Shown: positions 21,388 through 30,659 of the stretch, in pieces
How the letters are laid out: each line of letters opens with the position of its first letter
Numbering within the stretch: the first letter of the stretch is position 1
From: Gemmatimonadota bacterium
Lineage (GTDB): Bacteria > Gemmatimonadota > Gemmatimonadetes > Gemmatimonadales > JACORV01
Assembly: GCA_041484135.1 (NCBI GenBank)
Contig: JBGPHD010000003.1
Location: forward strand, 1-47,629
Direction: 5' to 3'
Length of the DNA stretch: 47,629 bases
Notes under the pieces: model-generated
The model's database searches: none
Seen by the model: only the letters and a program-made list of their open reading frames with translations
What the model was told of the DNA's origin: nothing
Translations under genes and position numbers: made by a program

Positions 21388-24300
21388 TCACGGTCCACCT
21401 ACCAGTGAGAACCCTGCCCAATAGAACGGGTGGGCAGTCTCCGGATTGCGCAGCATGCTGCGTTGGGCCCCAGCGATCGCTTCTGCTTCGCTACTTCCGG
21501 CCGCAAGGCCGGCGTAGAACCGCTCCATCAACGTCGCCGTGGCGGCGTCCTGGACCGGCCACAGCGTGGCCAGCACGTTCGACGCGCCCGCGAACAGGAA
21601 GGCGCGCACCAGGCCGACCCAGTCGTCGCCGGGCGGCACGTCCACCAGCGAGCCCGATCCCAGCGCCGTCTGGCAGGCGCTCAGCACCACCAGCCGCGCG
21701 TTGAGACGCAGGCCGAACACCTCGCGGACCTCGAGGCGTCCGTCGTCGGCACCGTCGGGCGCCAGATCAACGAACGAGAACAGTGGGTTGTGCTTGTTCA
21801 GCACGCCGTAGGTCGCCAGGTGGATGATGCCGGCCCGCCCGGCAGCCTCGCGCAATGCGCGCTCCGTCGCGTCCGCGCCGGCCAGCACCCGTACCCGGGC
21901 GCCGTAGATGCGAGCGATCGCGGCGACCTCGGCGCGCGAGCCGGGCAGCGCGCGCACCTGCGGCGCCAGCGCGAGCACCATCGCACCCGTCGCGCCGGCG
22001 CGCCGATCCCCCAATCGTGCCCAGGCGGACGCCGACGGGAGGTACTGGACCTCGTAGCGCTCGATGAGGAACTGCTCGCTCGCGCCGCGACGGAGCAGCG
22101 CGGCGAAGGGGAGGTAGTGCAGCTCGGCGTGCGGCGCGATCAGCAGGCGCCGCTTGCCGGCCAGCAGTCCGACGGCCTCGACCGGAGCCACCAGCTCGTC
22201 GTAAAGCCGCCGCAGCGCGGTGCGCCATGCCTGACGCGCCGCCGCGCGCTCGGGGCGCGTCAACGTGCCGCGGGCAAAATCCACCAGCGCGACCAGCGCG
22301 GCGCGATCCACGTCCAGGTCCACCACCGCGACGCTGTCCGCCGTCACCACGAATACCACGACCGCCGAGTCGGTCACGAGATACTCGAGCAGCACTTCGT
22401 CGGGCGACAGCCGGGCCATCACCTCGCGCGCGGGCGCCACCTCGGCGCGCACCATCGCCGCGTAGCCGGGCCGGGCCTCGCGCAACTCCCGCAGCAGCTC
22501 AGCGTATGCCTGCTGCGCGCCAGCCAGCGCTTCGCGCAGTGCCGACGACGACGTGTCGGACCAGCTCGGCCCGCGGAGCCCCGGTTCGCCGGTGCCGGAG
22601 CCTTCCAGCCGGCCGGTGAGTACCGCGATGCGGCGCCGGAGGTCTTGCTCGCGCGACACGAGCGAGTCGGGGGAAGGGTCGGCGGATTCCACCCGCCCGC
22701 GGGCGAGGAGATCGAGCATCTGCCGAGCGCGCAGGCGTTCGCTGGCCTCGAACGCCGCCTCGGCGCGCCCGCGCGCGCGTTCGACGAGGGCCAGCTGCGC
22801 GTAGACGTCCCACTTGTCGGCGAGGAAATCGGCGCGGCTGTCCTAGGCCGCAATCGCGCCGGCGACGCGCTCGATCTCGTTCACCGCGTCATGCAGCGCG
22901 CGCACCGACTCGCCCAGTGCGCCACGGCCGCGTAGCGCCGCACCCAGCCCCGCGTGCAACCGCCACGCCACGCCCGGCGCCGGGCGGCCGCCCAGACGGC
23001 CCAGGCCCCGCTGATAAAGGGCTTCGGCGGCGATGAACGCACCATGCTGCGATTCGAGGTCGCCGAGGGCCGCGAAGGCCGCGGCCTCGCCGATCGCGTC
23101 ACCCAGCACGCGCAGGGTGTCGAGCGCCCGGGTCAACGTGTGGCGGGCCAGCGCGGTGTCGCCGCGCAGCTGCTGCACGGCCCCGAGGATGAGGCGCGTC
23201 AGCGCCACCGGTCGCGGATCACCGGCCGCCTGCTGGACCCGCAACGCGGTTTCGAGGACGGTCGCCGCAGGGCCATAGCTCTCGCGCCGGACCAGCAGCA
23301 CGCCTCGGCCCTGGAGCGCTTCGGCGCGCCCGGCCCGGTCGCCGGCGCGCCGGAACAGCGCCTCGGCGAGGACGTACTCGCGCTCGGCCTCCGCCAGACT
23401 GTTGAAGTCGAGCGCCAGATCCGCGCGGGCCAAGGCAAGTGCCGCCAGCACGGCGGCGCCAGGCGGCCCACCGAGTGTCGCGAGTTGTTCGGCGCGCCGC
23501 AGCTCGCCGCGCGCGCCCTGGAGGTCGCCCATCGCGGCCCGCACCAGCGCCCGATCTCGGCGGACCGCGACGGCCTCGTCCGCCGGACCAGTGGCCTGGT
23601 AGATACCTAACGCGTCGGCCAGTGACGCCAGCGCGCTCCGGTATTCACCACGGCGCAGCGCCAGCAGTCCGAGATTGCGCAGGGCGAGCGCCTCCCCGAC
23701 CCGGTTGCCCTGATCGCGATAGCTCGCGAGCGCCTCCCGGTAGCGCGTCGCCGCGGCGGCGTATTCTCCGGTGATCGCCGCGACATTACCGAGGTTGACC
23801 AGGTTCAGCGCCGCCGGCTCGGCGCGACCGTGCCTGCGGTTGAGGGCCAGGGCCTCCTCGAAGGCGCGGCGGGCGCCGTCGAGATCACCCAGCGTCTGCG
23901 CCATCTCGCCGAGGTTGTTCCGGTCGGCGGCTGCCCCTCGCGTATCGCCGCTGCGACCGCGCAGATCGGCAGCCTCGGCGTAGAGCTCGCCGGCGCGGCG
24001 CAACTCACCGCGATCGCGGTGCACGTTCGCCAGCGCGCCCACGGCGTTGCCCATCGTGCGCCAGTCGCCGACGGCATCCGCGATGACGCGGGCGCGGCCG
24101 AAGTACGCCGCCGCGCTGTCGAGATCACCCGAGTCATAGAACCCCCGGCCGATGTTGCCCAGCGCCGCGCCCAGGCCGGCCGAGTCACCTAACGATTCGC
24201 AGCGCTGCAGGCTGGCGCGCCACGCCAGGGTGGCGGCGGCGATCCCGGACCGGCCCAGGGCTGCGTTGCCAGCCAGGCGCAGGCTATCGGCCGAGACCTT

Positions 24301-24624
24301 GATGCGGCGTTGCACCGGCGACCAGGCGGTGAACCGGGCGACCTGCCGCACGAAGAACGAATCGCGCCAGGCGGTCGCGTACGCGGCGGCGACCCGCCGC
24401 GCCTCGTGGAGGTAGGCGTCGGCGGATTCGGCGTTCACCACCGACGACGCGAGCAGATCCCGCAGCGCGGCGCGCACGTCGTCCGGAGCCTCGCCGGCGC
24501 GCACGGCGAGCGCGGCGTCGTTGCCGCTTCGCGCGAGGGCGCGCACGCCGGCGGCTGCCTGCGGCGTCTGCATCGAGGCGCCCAGCGCGGTGATCAGGGG
24601 CAGGAGTGCGGGGAGTGCGATCAC
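21388..24624 (-). pseudogene. TPR-CHAT (caspase-like) protein interrupted by one in-frame TAG at 22843-22845
   Basis: Signal-like N-terminus (GTG 24624 overlaps the anti-sigma stop) and many TPRs. The frame reads GAIAA*DSRADFLADKWDVY...ERLRARQMLDLL straight into the CHAT domain ([37 protein letters not shown]). Family assignment is firm; pseudogene status is not. Confidence 0.7.
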
Positions 24625-25229
24625 GGCCGCGGCGCCGCGAGGGTGAAGTCGACCAGATCCGAGGCCACCCAGCGATCGAAGCCGGTCTCGGCTTCCACCT
24701 TCCAGAAGTAGGGCGCCCCGGCGCGCAGCCGCACGGTGTCGGCGAGCGCCGCGACCGTGTCCGCGGTTTCCCAGCGCCACAGGACGGTGCCCGCGCCATC
24801 CATCAGCATGACGCGATAGCGCGCGGCGTGAGGAACCGCGGACCACACCAGCTCGCGCACCGCAGTCACGTCACCGTGCGGTGCGAACGCGACCGGCGGG
24901 GCGGTGGTCGTGACGGCCGACTCGCGATACGCCATCTCGTCGAAGCGGTTCCACACCTGAAGCGTCGGCACGAGCAACAGTGCCAGCACCGCCGCCGCAG
25001 CGAGCGCCGGTCGGACCGTCACACGCCGGCGTGGCGCGGTGCGCAGCAGCTCCGCGACGGCCGCCACTTCGCCGCGGCACTCGGCGCAGGCGGCGAGATG
25101 CGCCTCCACGCGCGCGCGATCGACGTCCACCAGGGCGCCGTCCAGGTAGGCCGCGAGCTCCCGGGCCTCCGGATGAATGACTGGGCGTTCCTCAGCAGGC
25201 ATGCGTCGCTCGAGCGTAGGAGGGGTCAT
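24621..25229 (-). CDS. zf-HC2 zinc-finger anti-sigma factor with one TM helix and an extracytoplasmic FN3-like domain
   Basis: LAAYLDG...HLAACAEC (HxxxCxxC), TM PALAAAAVLALLLVP, SD AAGGA; directly downstream of the ECF sigma. Confidence 0.88.
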   Translation of the reverse strand: MTPPTLERRMPAEERPVIHPEARELAAYLDGALVDVDRARVEAHLAACAECRGEVAAVAELLRTAPRRRVTVRPALAAAAVLALLLVPTLQVWNRFDEMAYRESAVTTTAPPVAFAPHGDVTAVRELVWSAVPHAARYRVMLMDGAGTVLWRWETADTVAALADTVRLRAGAPYFWKVEAETGFDRWVASDLVDFTLAAPRP

Positions 25230-25268
25230 CGTCCTTGTGGAACGTGCGGGGCCGGCCGGATTGCGCAG

Positions 25269-25928
25269 TCAGGGCGTGGAACCCTCGATTCCGCGCCGCC
25301 GCAGCGCGTCCTTGAGCGCCGCCAGAACCGCCGTCAGTCGCCGGTACACATGGAAGGGCGTCGGGAACCGCATGATCCTGGCGATCTCACGCGCCGAGTG
25401 GCCGTCGTCGAAGCGCAACGACAACAGCAGGCGGTCGGGCGGCGCGAGCCCGGCGACGGCCGTGAGGAGAGCTTGCTCGAGTTCCCGGGTTTGCAGCTCG
25501 GTATCGGGGCTGGTGTTCTCCGGCTGGCTGAGGCGGTCGGGATCAACCTGGTCGCCGAGGAGATCGGCAAGGCGCGTGCGCACCAGTCGCAGCTGTTCGC
25601 TCGCGGCGCCCTCGCCGCGCGGCTGCCCGTAGCGCTGCCGTACGTGATCCACGCACAGTCGTCGGGCCACCATGACCAGCCAGGTGGTGAACTTGGTCCC
25701 CGGCATCGGCGTGTACGCACGCAGCCGGCGGAGGTCGTCCTGTCGCAGCGACTCGAGGACGAAGGCGTACGCGTCCATGGCCGTGTCGTGGTCGCGGCTG
25801 ATCGAACGGGCGGTGTGCACGAGCAGGCGCGTCCGCAAGGACACAAACGCGTCCCAGGCCGCTTCGCGCTGGGCGTCATCCGTGGCATGCAGCAAGCGGC
25901 TGAGCTCGGAAGGGAGGGATTCGGCCAT
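25269..25928 (-). CDS. ECF-type RNA polymerase sigma factor
   Basis: Region 2 (KFTTWLVMVARRLCVDHVR) and region 4 (LAPPDRLLLSLRFDDGHSAREIARIM). Start is 25928 (GAGG upstream) or 25961. Confidence 0.88.
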   Translation of the reverse strand: MAESLPSELSRLLHATDDAQREAAWDAFVSLRTRLLVHTARSISRDHDTAMDAYAFVLESLRQDDLRRLRAYTPMPGTKFTTWLVMVARRLCVDHVRQRYGQPRGEGAASEQLRLVRTRLADLLGDQVDPDRLSQPENTSPDTELQTRELEQALLTAVAGLAPPDRLLLSLRFDDGHSAREIARIMRFPTPFHVYRRLTAVLAALKDALRRRGIEGSTP

Positions 25929-26148
25929 GCGCGCCTCGAGTATCCGGACTGGCGACTCCATGGTAGCAGGGGCGTCATGCGGGCGATAGGCGGCGCGCCC
26001 GGGGCCAGCAGACGGTCGTATCGGGGTCACGATGGCGACCGCCCGCGCCTGAGGGCCCCGTCACGGGGTATATTCTCTTCCCGCAATGACACCTCGGCAC
26101 ACCTGCAACTTCCGCGCTGAAACCCGCGTCGAGCGGTGCTGGAGCGCG

Positions 26149-26202
26149 CGCACCTCCGAGCGCCAGCCGGAGGTGTTTCTCGCAGTGTTGAAGGTCGAAT
26201 GA
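26149..26202 (+). repeat. Diverged duplicate of the lepA 3' end (att-like remnant)
   Basis: Encodes [17 protein letters not shown] versus Lep[18 protein letters not shown]; 39/54 nt identical by hand alignment. Confidence 0.85.
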
Positions 26203-27251
26203 CGGCCCGCGTCAGCCGGTCCATCAATCGCGGCCTGGTGATCCAGACCGCGTTCCACGGCGACGTCATCCTCACCACGCCCCTGATCCGCCGCGCGGCC
26301 GAGCGGTCCGGCGCCCCGGTGGACGTGGTCACCCTCCCCATCTCGGCGCCGGTGCTCGCGAACAACCCCAGCGTGCGCGAGGTCATCGTCTTCGACAAGC
26401 ACGGGAGCGACCGCGGCCCTGGCGGCTTCTTCCGGATGGTGCACAAGCTCCGGGTGCGGCAGTACAGCACCGCGTATCTCGCGCAGGCGAGCCTGCGCTC
26501 GGCGCTGCTCGCCTTTCTGGCCAAGGTCCCCCGGCGGATCGGCTTCCGCGGGGCGGCGGGCCGGTGGTTCTACACCCACGAGGTGACGACCCGCGGCGAG
26601 CCGCACCAGGTCGAGCGGCTCCTCGCCCTCGCCGACGGCGCGCCCGACCGGCGCGAGCCCGAGATCTTCCCCGCGGCGGGGGAGCGCGCGGCGGTGGACG
26701 CGCTGCTCGCGGAGGCCGGCATCAGCGGGGAGTTCGTGGCGCTCGCGCCCGGCTCGCAGTGGGCCCCCAAGCGCTGGCCCTACTACGCCGAGCTGGCGCA
26801 GGCGCTCATCGCCGAGGTGCCGCTGGTGCTGGTGGGCGGCCCCGGCGACCGCGCGGACGCGCGCGCGATCAAGCACGCGCTGGCGGGCCGCGGCACTCTC
26901 GCCGACGGGGTGGGCACGCTGTCGATCCTCGCGGCCGGCGAGCTGATCCGCCGCGCGTCGCTGCTCGTCACCAACGACTCGGCGCCGGTGCACCTCGCTT
27001 CCGCCGTCGGCACGCCGGCCATCGAGATCTACGGCCCGACGGTGCCCTCGTTCGGCTTCGCGCCGCGCGCGGAATTCTCGCGGATCGTGGAGCCGGACCC
27101 GATGACGTGCCGCCCGTGCAGCCATCACGGGCCGGTGGTCTGCCCGCTGGTGCACCACCACTGCATGCGGAACACCCAGGTGGGCCGCGTGCTGGCCGAG
27201 GTGCGGACGGTGCTCCAGATTGTCCGGACGCACGCGAGGAGGTCGGAGTGA
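26199..27251 (+). CDS. waaF: Glycosyltransferase family 9, LPS heptosyltransferase II-like
   Basis: IQTAFHGDVILTTPL, APGSQWAPKRWP, NDSAPVHLASAVG, YGPT motifs. Confidence 0.8.
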   Translation: MTARVSRSINRGLVIQTAFHGDVILTTPLIRRAAERSGAPVDVVTLPISAPVLANNPSVREVIVFDKHGSDRGPGGFFRMVHKLRVRQYSTAYLAQASLRSALLAFLAKVPRRIGFRGAAGRWFYTHEVTTRGEPHQVERLLALADGAPDRREPEIFPAAGERAAVDALLAEAGISGEFVALAPGSQWAPKRWPYYAELAQALIAEVPLVLVGGPGDRADARAIKHALAGRGTLADGVGTLSILAAGELIRRASLLVTNDSAPVHLASAVGTPAIEIYGPTVPSFGFAPRAEFSRIVEPDPMTCRPCSHHGPVVCPLVHHHCMRNTQVGRVLAEVRTVLQIVRTHARRSE

Positions 27252-28231
27252 GGTTCCTGGTGGGGGTGGATCTGGGCGGCACCAACATCGTCGTCGGCAC
27301 CGTGGCCGAGGACGGCTCGGCGCTGCACGGCGTGCGCGCCGACTGGACGCGGCCCGAGGAAGGCGCCGACGCGGTGATCGCGCGGATGGCGCGGCTCGTC
27401 GAGGAGTCCATCACGGAGGCGGGACGCGTCGCGGGCATCACGCGCGACCGCATCGCGGGCGTGGGGATCGGCTCGCCGGGACCGCTGGACCGTGAGGCGG
27501 GGATGGTGCTCGTCACCCCCAACCTCGGCTGGAAGAACCTCCCACTCCGGCAGCTGGTGAGCGACGCCACCGGCCTCCCCGCCACGCTGGACAACGACGC
27601 CAACTGCGCCATCTACGGCGAGTGGTGGGTGGGCGCGGCGAAGGGCTCGCGCTATCTCGTGGGCATCACGATCGGGACGGGGATCGGCGGCGGGATCGTG
27701 CTCGACGGGAAGATCTACCACGGCGCGGGCGACGCGGCGGGCGAGATCGGCCACATGACCATCGACTCCACGGGCCGGCGCTGCAAGTGCGGCAACTACG
27801 GCTGCCTCGAGGCGTACGCCTCGGGGCCGGCGATCGCCGCGCGCGCGGTCGAGGGCGTCGAGGCCGGTGCCGACACCAAACTCCCCGACTACGTCGGCGG
27901 CGACCTCGCGAAGATCACGGCGCAGACGGTGTACGAGGCCGCGCACGACAACGACGATTTCGCGCTCGAGGTGGTGCGCGACACCGCCAAGTTCTTGGGC
28001 GCGGGCGTCGCCAACCTCATCAACATCTTCAATCCCGACACCTTCGTGATCGCGGGCGGCGTGACGCTCGCGGGAGACAAGCTCTTCCTGCCCCTCAAGG
28101 CCGAAGTGAAGCGGCGCGCCTTCAAGCCGGCGTGGGAGCGGTGCAAGATCGTGCCGGCGGAATTGCCCGGGACCGCCGGAGTCTATGGCGCGGCCGCGAC
28201 CTTCAAGATGCAGACGTGGGGCGAGGTCTGA
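27248..28231 (+). CDS. ROK-family sugar kinase (glucokinase-like)
   Basis: VDLGGT, DNDANCA, GTGIGGG, GEIGHM...CKCGNYGCLEAYAS. GTG overlaps the upstream stop. Confidence 0.93.
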   Translation: MRFLVGVDLGGTNIVVGTVAEDGSALHGVRADWTRPEEGADAVIARMARLVEESITEAGRVAGITRDRIAGVGIGSPGPLDREAGMVLVTPNLGWKNLPLRQLVSDATGLPATLDNDANCAIYGEWWVGAAKGSRYLVGITIGTGIGGGIVLDGKIYHGAGDAAGEIGHMTIDSTGRRCKCGNYGCLEAYASGPAIAARAVEGVEAGADTKLPDYVGGDLAKITAQTVYEAAHDNDDFALEVVRDTAKFLGAGVANLINIFNPDTFVIAGGVTLAGDKLFLPLKAEVKRRAFKPAWERCKIVPAELPGTAGVYGAAATFKMQTWGEV

Positions 28232-29211
28232 AGCAGCTCGGGGTTCTTGGCACCATGGTCTGGGACACGATCGTGGGCCGCGATGCGGGCGCGCCTCCCG
28301 TCGAGGAGTGGGGCGGCATCGGCTACGCGCTCGCCGGACTCGATGCCTCGCTCCCCGCGGACTGGCAGGTGGTGCCCCTCGTCAAAGTGGGCCGCGACCT
28401 CGCGCCGCGCGCGCAGGAATTCCTGCGCGGCCTCTCCCGCGCGAGCGGCGCCCGCTTCATCGAGGTCCCCGATCCCAATCCCCGCGTCCGCTTGAACTAC
28501 CTCAGCGACGAGCGCCGCTGCGAGGGGCTCACGGGCGGGATCCCGACCTGGACCTGGGGAGAGCTGGGGCCGCTGGTGATGGGCCTCGACGCGCTCTACG
28601 TCAACTTCATCACCGGCTTCGAGTGCGATCTCGCCACCGCGCAGGCGCTGCGCCACGCCTTCGCCGGTCCCATCTACGGCGACCTGCACTCGCTCGCGCT
28701 GGGGCGCGCGGCGGACGGCGAACGCTACGCGCGGCCTATCGCGGACGCGGCGGAGTGGCTCGCCTGCTTCGACGTCGCGCAGCTCAACGAGGGCGAGATG
28801 GACCAGCTCGGCGACGAACCGCTGGCGCTGGCCGCCGCCGCCCTGGAACGCGGCGTCTCCGCCGTGTGCGTGACGATGGGCGGACGCGGCGCGGTGTACC
28901 TCGCCGCGGGCGACTTCACCTCGCTCGCCCTTCCCGGGTTCACGCATCGCCGCGCCGAGCGGTCGGTGCGCGGCAGGCCGATCGTGCGCACGGCGCTGGT
29001 CAAGACCGAGGGAGCGCCCGCCGCCGGGGACCCCACCGGCTGCGGCGACGTCTTTGGTGCGACGCTCGTGGCCATGCTGCTCGCGGGGACCGATCTCGAG
29101 CCCGCGGTCTCCGCCGCGAACCGGATGGCGCGGCGCAATGTCACGTATCGCGGCGCCACCGGACTCGAACATCACCTGCGCGGCGCGCTCTCCGGCGCCA
29201 AGGCCTCATGA
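28216..29211 (+). CDS. PfkB-family carbohydrate kinase
   Basis: LGTMVWD, EWGG, LNEGE, VTMGGRG, DPTGCGDVFGA anion-hole motif. Start is GTG 28216 or CTG 28228. Confidence 0.85.
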   Translation: MGRGLKQLGVLGTMVWDTIVGRDAGAPPVEEWGGIGYALAGLDASLPADWQVVPLVKVGRDLAPRAQEFLRGLSRASGARFIEVPDPNPRVRLNYLSDERRCEGLTGGIPTWTWGELGPLVMGLDALYVNFITGFECDLATAQALRHAFAGPIYGDLHSLALGRAADGERYARPIADAAEWLACFDVAQLNEGEMDQLGDEPLALAAAALERGVSAVCVTMGGRGAVYLAAGDFTSLALPGFTHRRAERSVRGRPIVRTALVKTEGAPAAGDPTGCGDVFGATLVAMLLAGTDLEPAVSAANRMARRNVTYRGATGLEHHLRGALSGAKAS

Positions 29212-30107
29212 GCACCGTCATCGACGTCCCCCAGCGCTTCGACGACCGCTCGTTCGAGCTGTTCACGGAGGGCTTCGCGCGGGTGGACGGGACCGCGCGG
29301 GTCATCGTGGACGCGCACGCGTGTGAGTGGATCTCGCCGTTCGGGTTCGTGGGGCTCCTCGCCGCGGGCCAGGCGCTCCTCGAGCGGACCGGGGCGAAAC
29401 CGCTCCTCACGGTGCCCAAGGACCGGGACGTGGCGCACTTCTGGTCGCGCTGCGGCTTCTTCGCCCAGGCGGACGAACTGTACGAGATCCACGGCGTGGT
29501 GCCGCGGGTGAAGCCGGCGCCGACGACCGTGCTGCTCGAAGTGACCCCGGTCAGGGTCGCCGACGACGTCCACGCCGTTGTGTCCCATATCCAGGAGCGC
29601 TCCGCCGCGATCCTCACCGGCGAATTGGGACTCGACGCGAAGGCGACGATGGGATTCGGTATGGCGCTTTCCGAAGCTTGTCAGAATATTGTGGAGCACG
29701 CGGGCACGGGTGGTTGGGTCTCCGTGCACGCGTACACCTGGCGCCGTCTCGGCAAGCGGGTCGTGGTGATCGCCGTGGCCGACGCCGGGGTAGGGTTCCG
29801 GCACACTCTCGAACCAACGCAGGGCAAGGCATTCGGCGACCGGTGGGGCGATGGCGCCGCGCTGGAGGCGGCCTTGCTGCATAACGTCAGCCGGTTCCGG
29901 GATCCGGGACGCGGCCAGGGGCTGGCCGGGATCAGCCGGTACCTGAACCGCTGGCAGGGCAAGATCAGCATCCGGAGCGGGACGGCCCGCATCGCGATCT
30001 TCCCCGCGTGGGAGGTCGAGGACCAGGCCAGGATAGATGGATTGGCGCCGTTCCCCGGCGCGCAGGTGCAACTCGTCATCCCCGCGGGGGCACAAGAAAC
30101 GAAGTGA
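29208..30107 (+). CDS. STAS-like plus HATPase_c (RsbW/SpoIIAB-like kinase) protein
   Basis: N box SEACQNIVEHA, G1 VADAGVG, G2 GRGQGL, C-terminal FPGAQV; no HisKA domain seen. Confidence 0.8.
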   Translation: MSTVIDVPQRFDDRSFELFTEGFARVDGTARVIVDAHACEWISPFGFVGLLAAGQALLERTGAKPLLTVPKDRDVAHFWSRCGFFAQADELYEIHGVVPRVKPAPTTVLLEVTPVRVADDVHAVVSHIQERSAAILTGELGLDAKATMGFGMALSEACQNIVEHAGTGGWVSVHAYTWRRLGKRVVVIAVADAGVGFRHTLEPTQGKAFGDRWGDGAALEAALLHNVSRFRDPGRGQGLAGISRYLNRWQGKISIRSGTARIAIFPAWEVEDQARIDGLAPFPGAQVQLVIPAGAQETK

Positions 30108-30655
30108 TCAACCAGATCGATGTGCGGGCGGTCCTCTCCCGCAGCGTGGCCGAGTTCCATTACGACCTCGTGACCCGCCCGACGGGTCGCGCCGTCCGCA
30201 CCTCGATCGAGGCCGAGCTGGAACGGTACCAGGGCATGAGCGTCGTGGTCCTCGACTTCTCCGCCGTCCGGTTGATCGACTGGTCCTGCGCCGACGAGAT
30301 CGTGGCCAAACTCCTCCAGGCTTCGCTCACCCCCGGCTCTTCCGCCGCCGAGCTGTTCTTCGTGATCCGCGGGCTCTCGGAGCACAACGCCGAGCTGCTC
30401 GAGGAGGTCCTGCTGCGCCACCAGCTGGCGATGGTGCTCGAGGAGGGCGGGACGCTCCGGCTCCTCGGCTGGGTGGCCGAACGGGCCCGCCTGGCGTTCG
30501 AGCACCTGACGGCCCTGGGCAGCGCCGCGGCTGACGAGATGGCGGCGGACCTCGCCTGCTCGCTGGACGAGGCGAAGTCCCTCCTCGACGACCTGGTCGG
30601 CCGGCGGCTCGTCCTGCGCGCGGCCGAACGCTACCGGCCCCTCTCCGCCGCCTAG
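30104..30655 (+). CDS. STAS-like (DUF4325-type) domain fused to a winged HTH
   Basis: TRPTGRAVR, VVLDFSAVRLIDWSCADEIVAKL (STAS phospho-Ser position), C-terminal SAAADEMAADLACSLDEAKSLLDDLVGRRLV. GTGA overlap with the kinase. Confidence 0.75.
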   Translation: MINQIDVRAVLSRSVAEFHYDLVTRPTGRAVRTSIEAELERYQGMSVVVLDFSAVRLIDWSCADEIVAKLLQASLTPGSSAAELFFVIRGLSEHNAELLEEVLLRHQLAMVLEEGGTLRLLGWVAERARLAFEHLTALGSAAADEMAADLACSLDEAKSLLDDLVGRRLVLRAAERYRPLSAA

Positions 30656-30659
30656 CCGG

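Larger units (their letters stand above)
15874..26148. mobile_element. Integrase-free genomic island inserted at the lepA 3' end
   Basis: Flanked by the lepA tail (15820-15873) and a diverged copy of it (26149-26202). All cargo genes are on the opposite strand to the flanks, and A/T-ending codons look more frequent by eye. Confidence 0.7.

Noticed and set aside
22843-22845. Pyrrolysine or genome-wide TAG recoding
   Set aside because: TAG is the normal stop of several genes here (surA, DUF72, pcm, PLP enzyme), and no pyl genes are in the window.
27100-27170. Cys/His-rich motif CRPCSHHGPVVCPLVHHHCM in the GT9 protein as a novel metal site
   Set aside because: A C-terminal CxPC...C...C motif is a familiar feature of many GT9 heptosyltransferases.
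28216-28231. CTG non-canonical start for the PfkB kinase
   Set aside because: An in-frame GTG lies four codons upstream at 28216, so a non-canonical start is not required.
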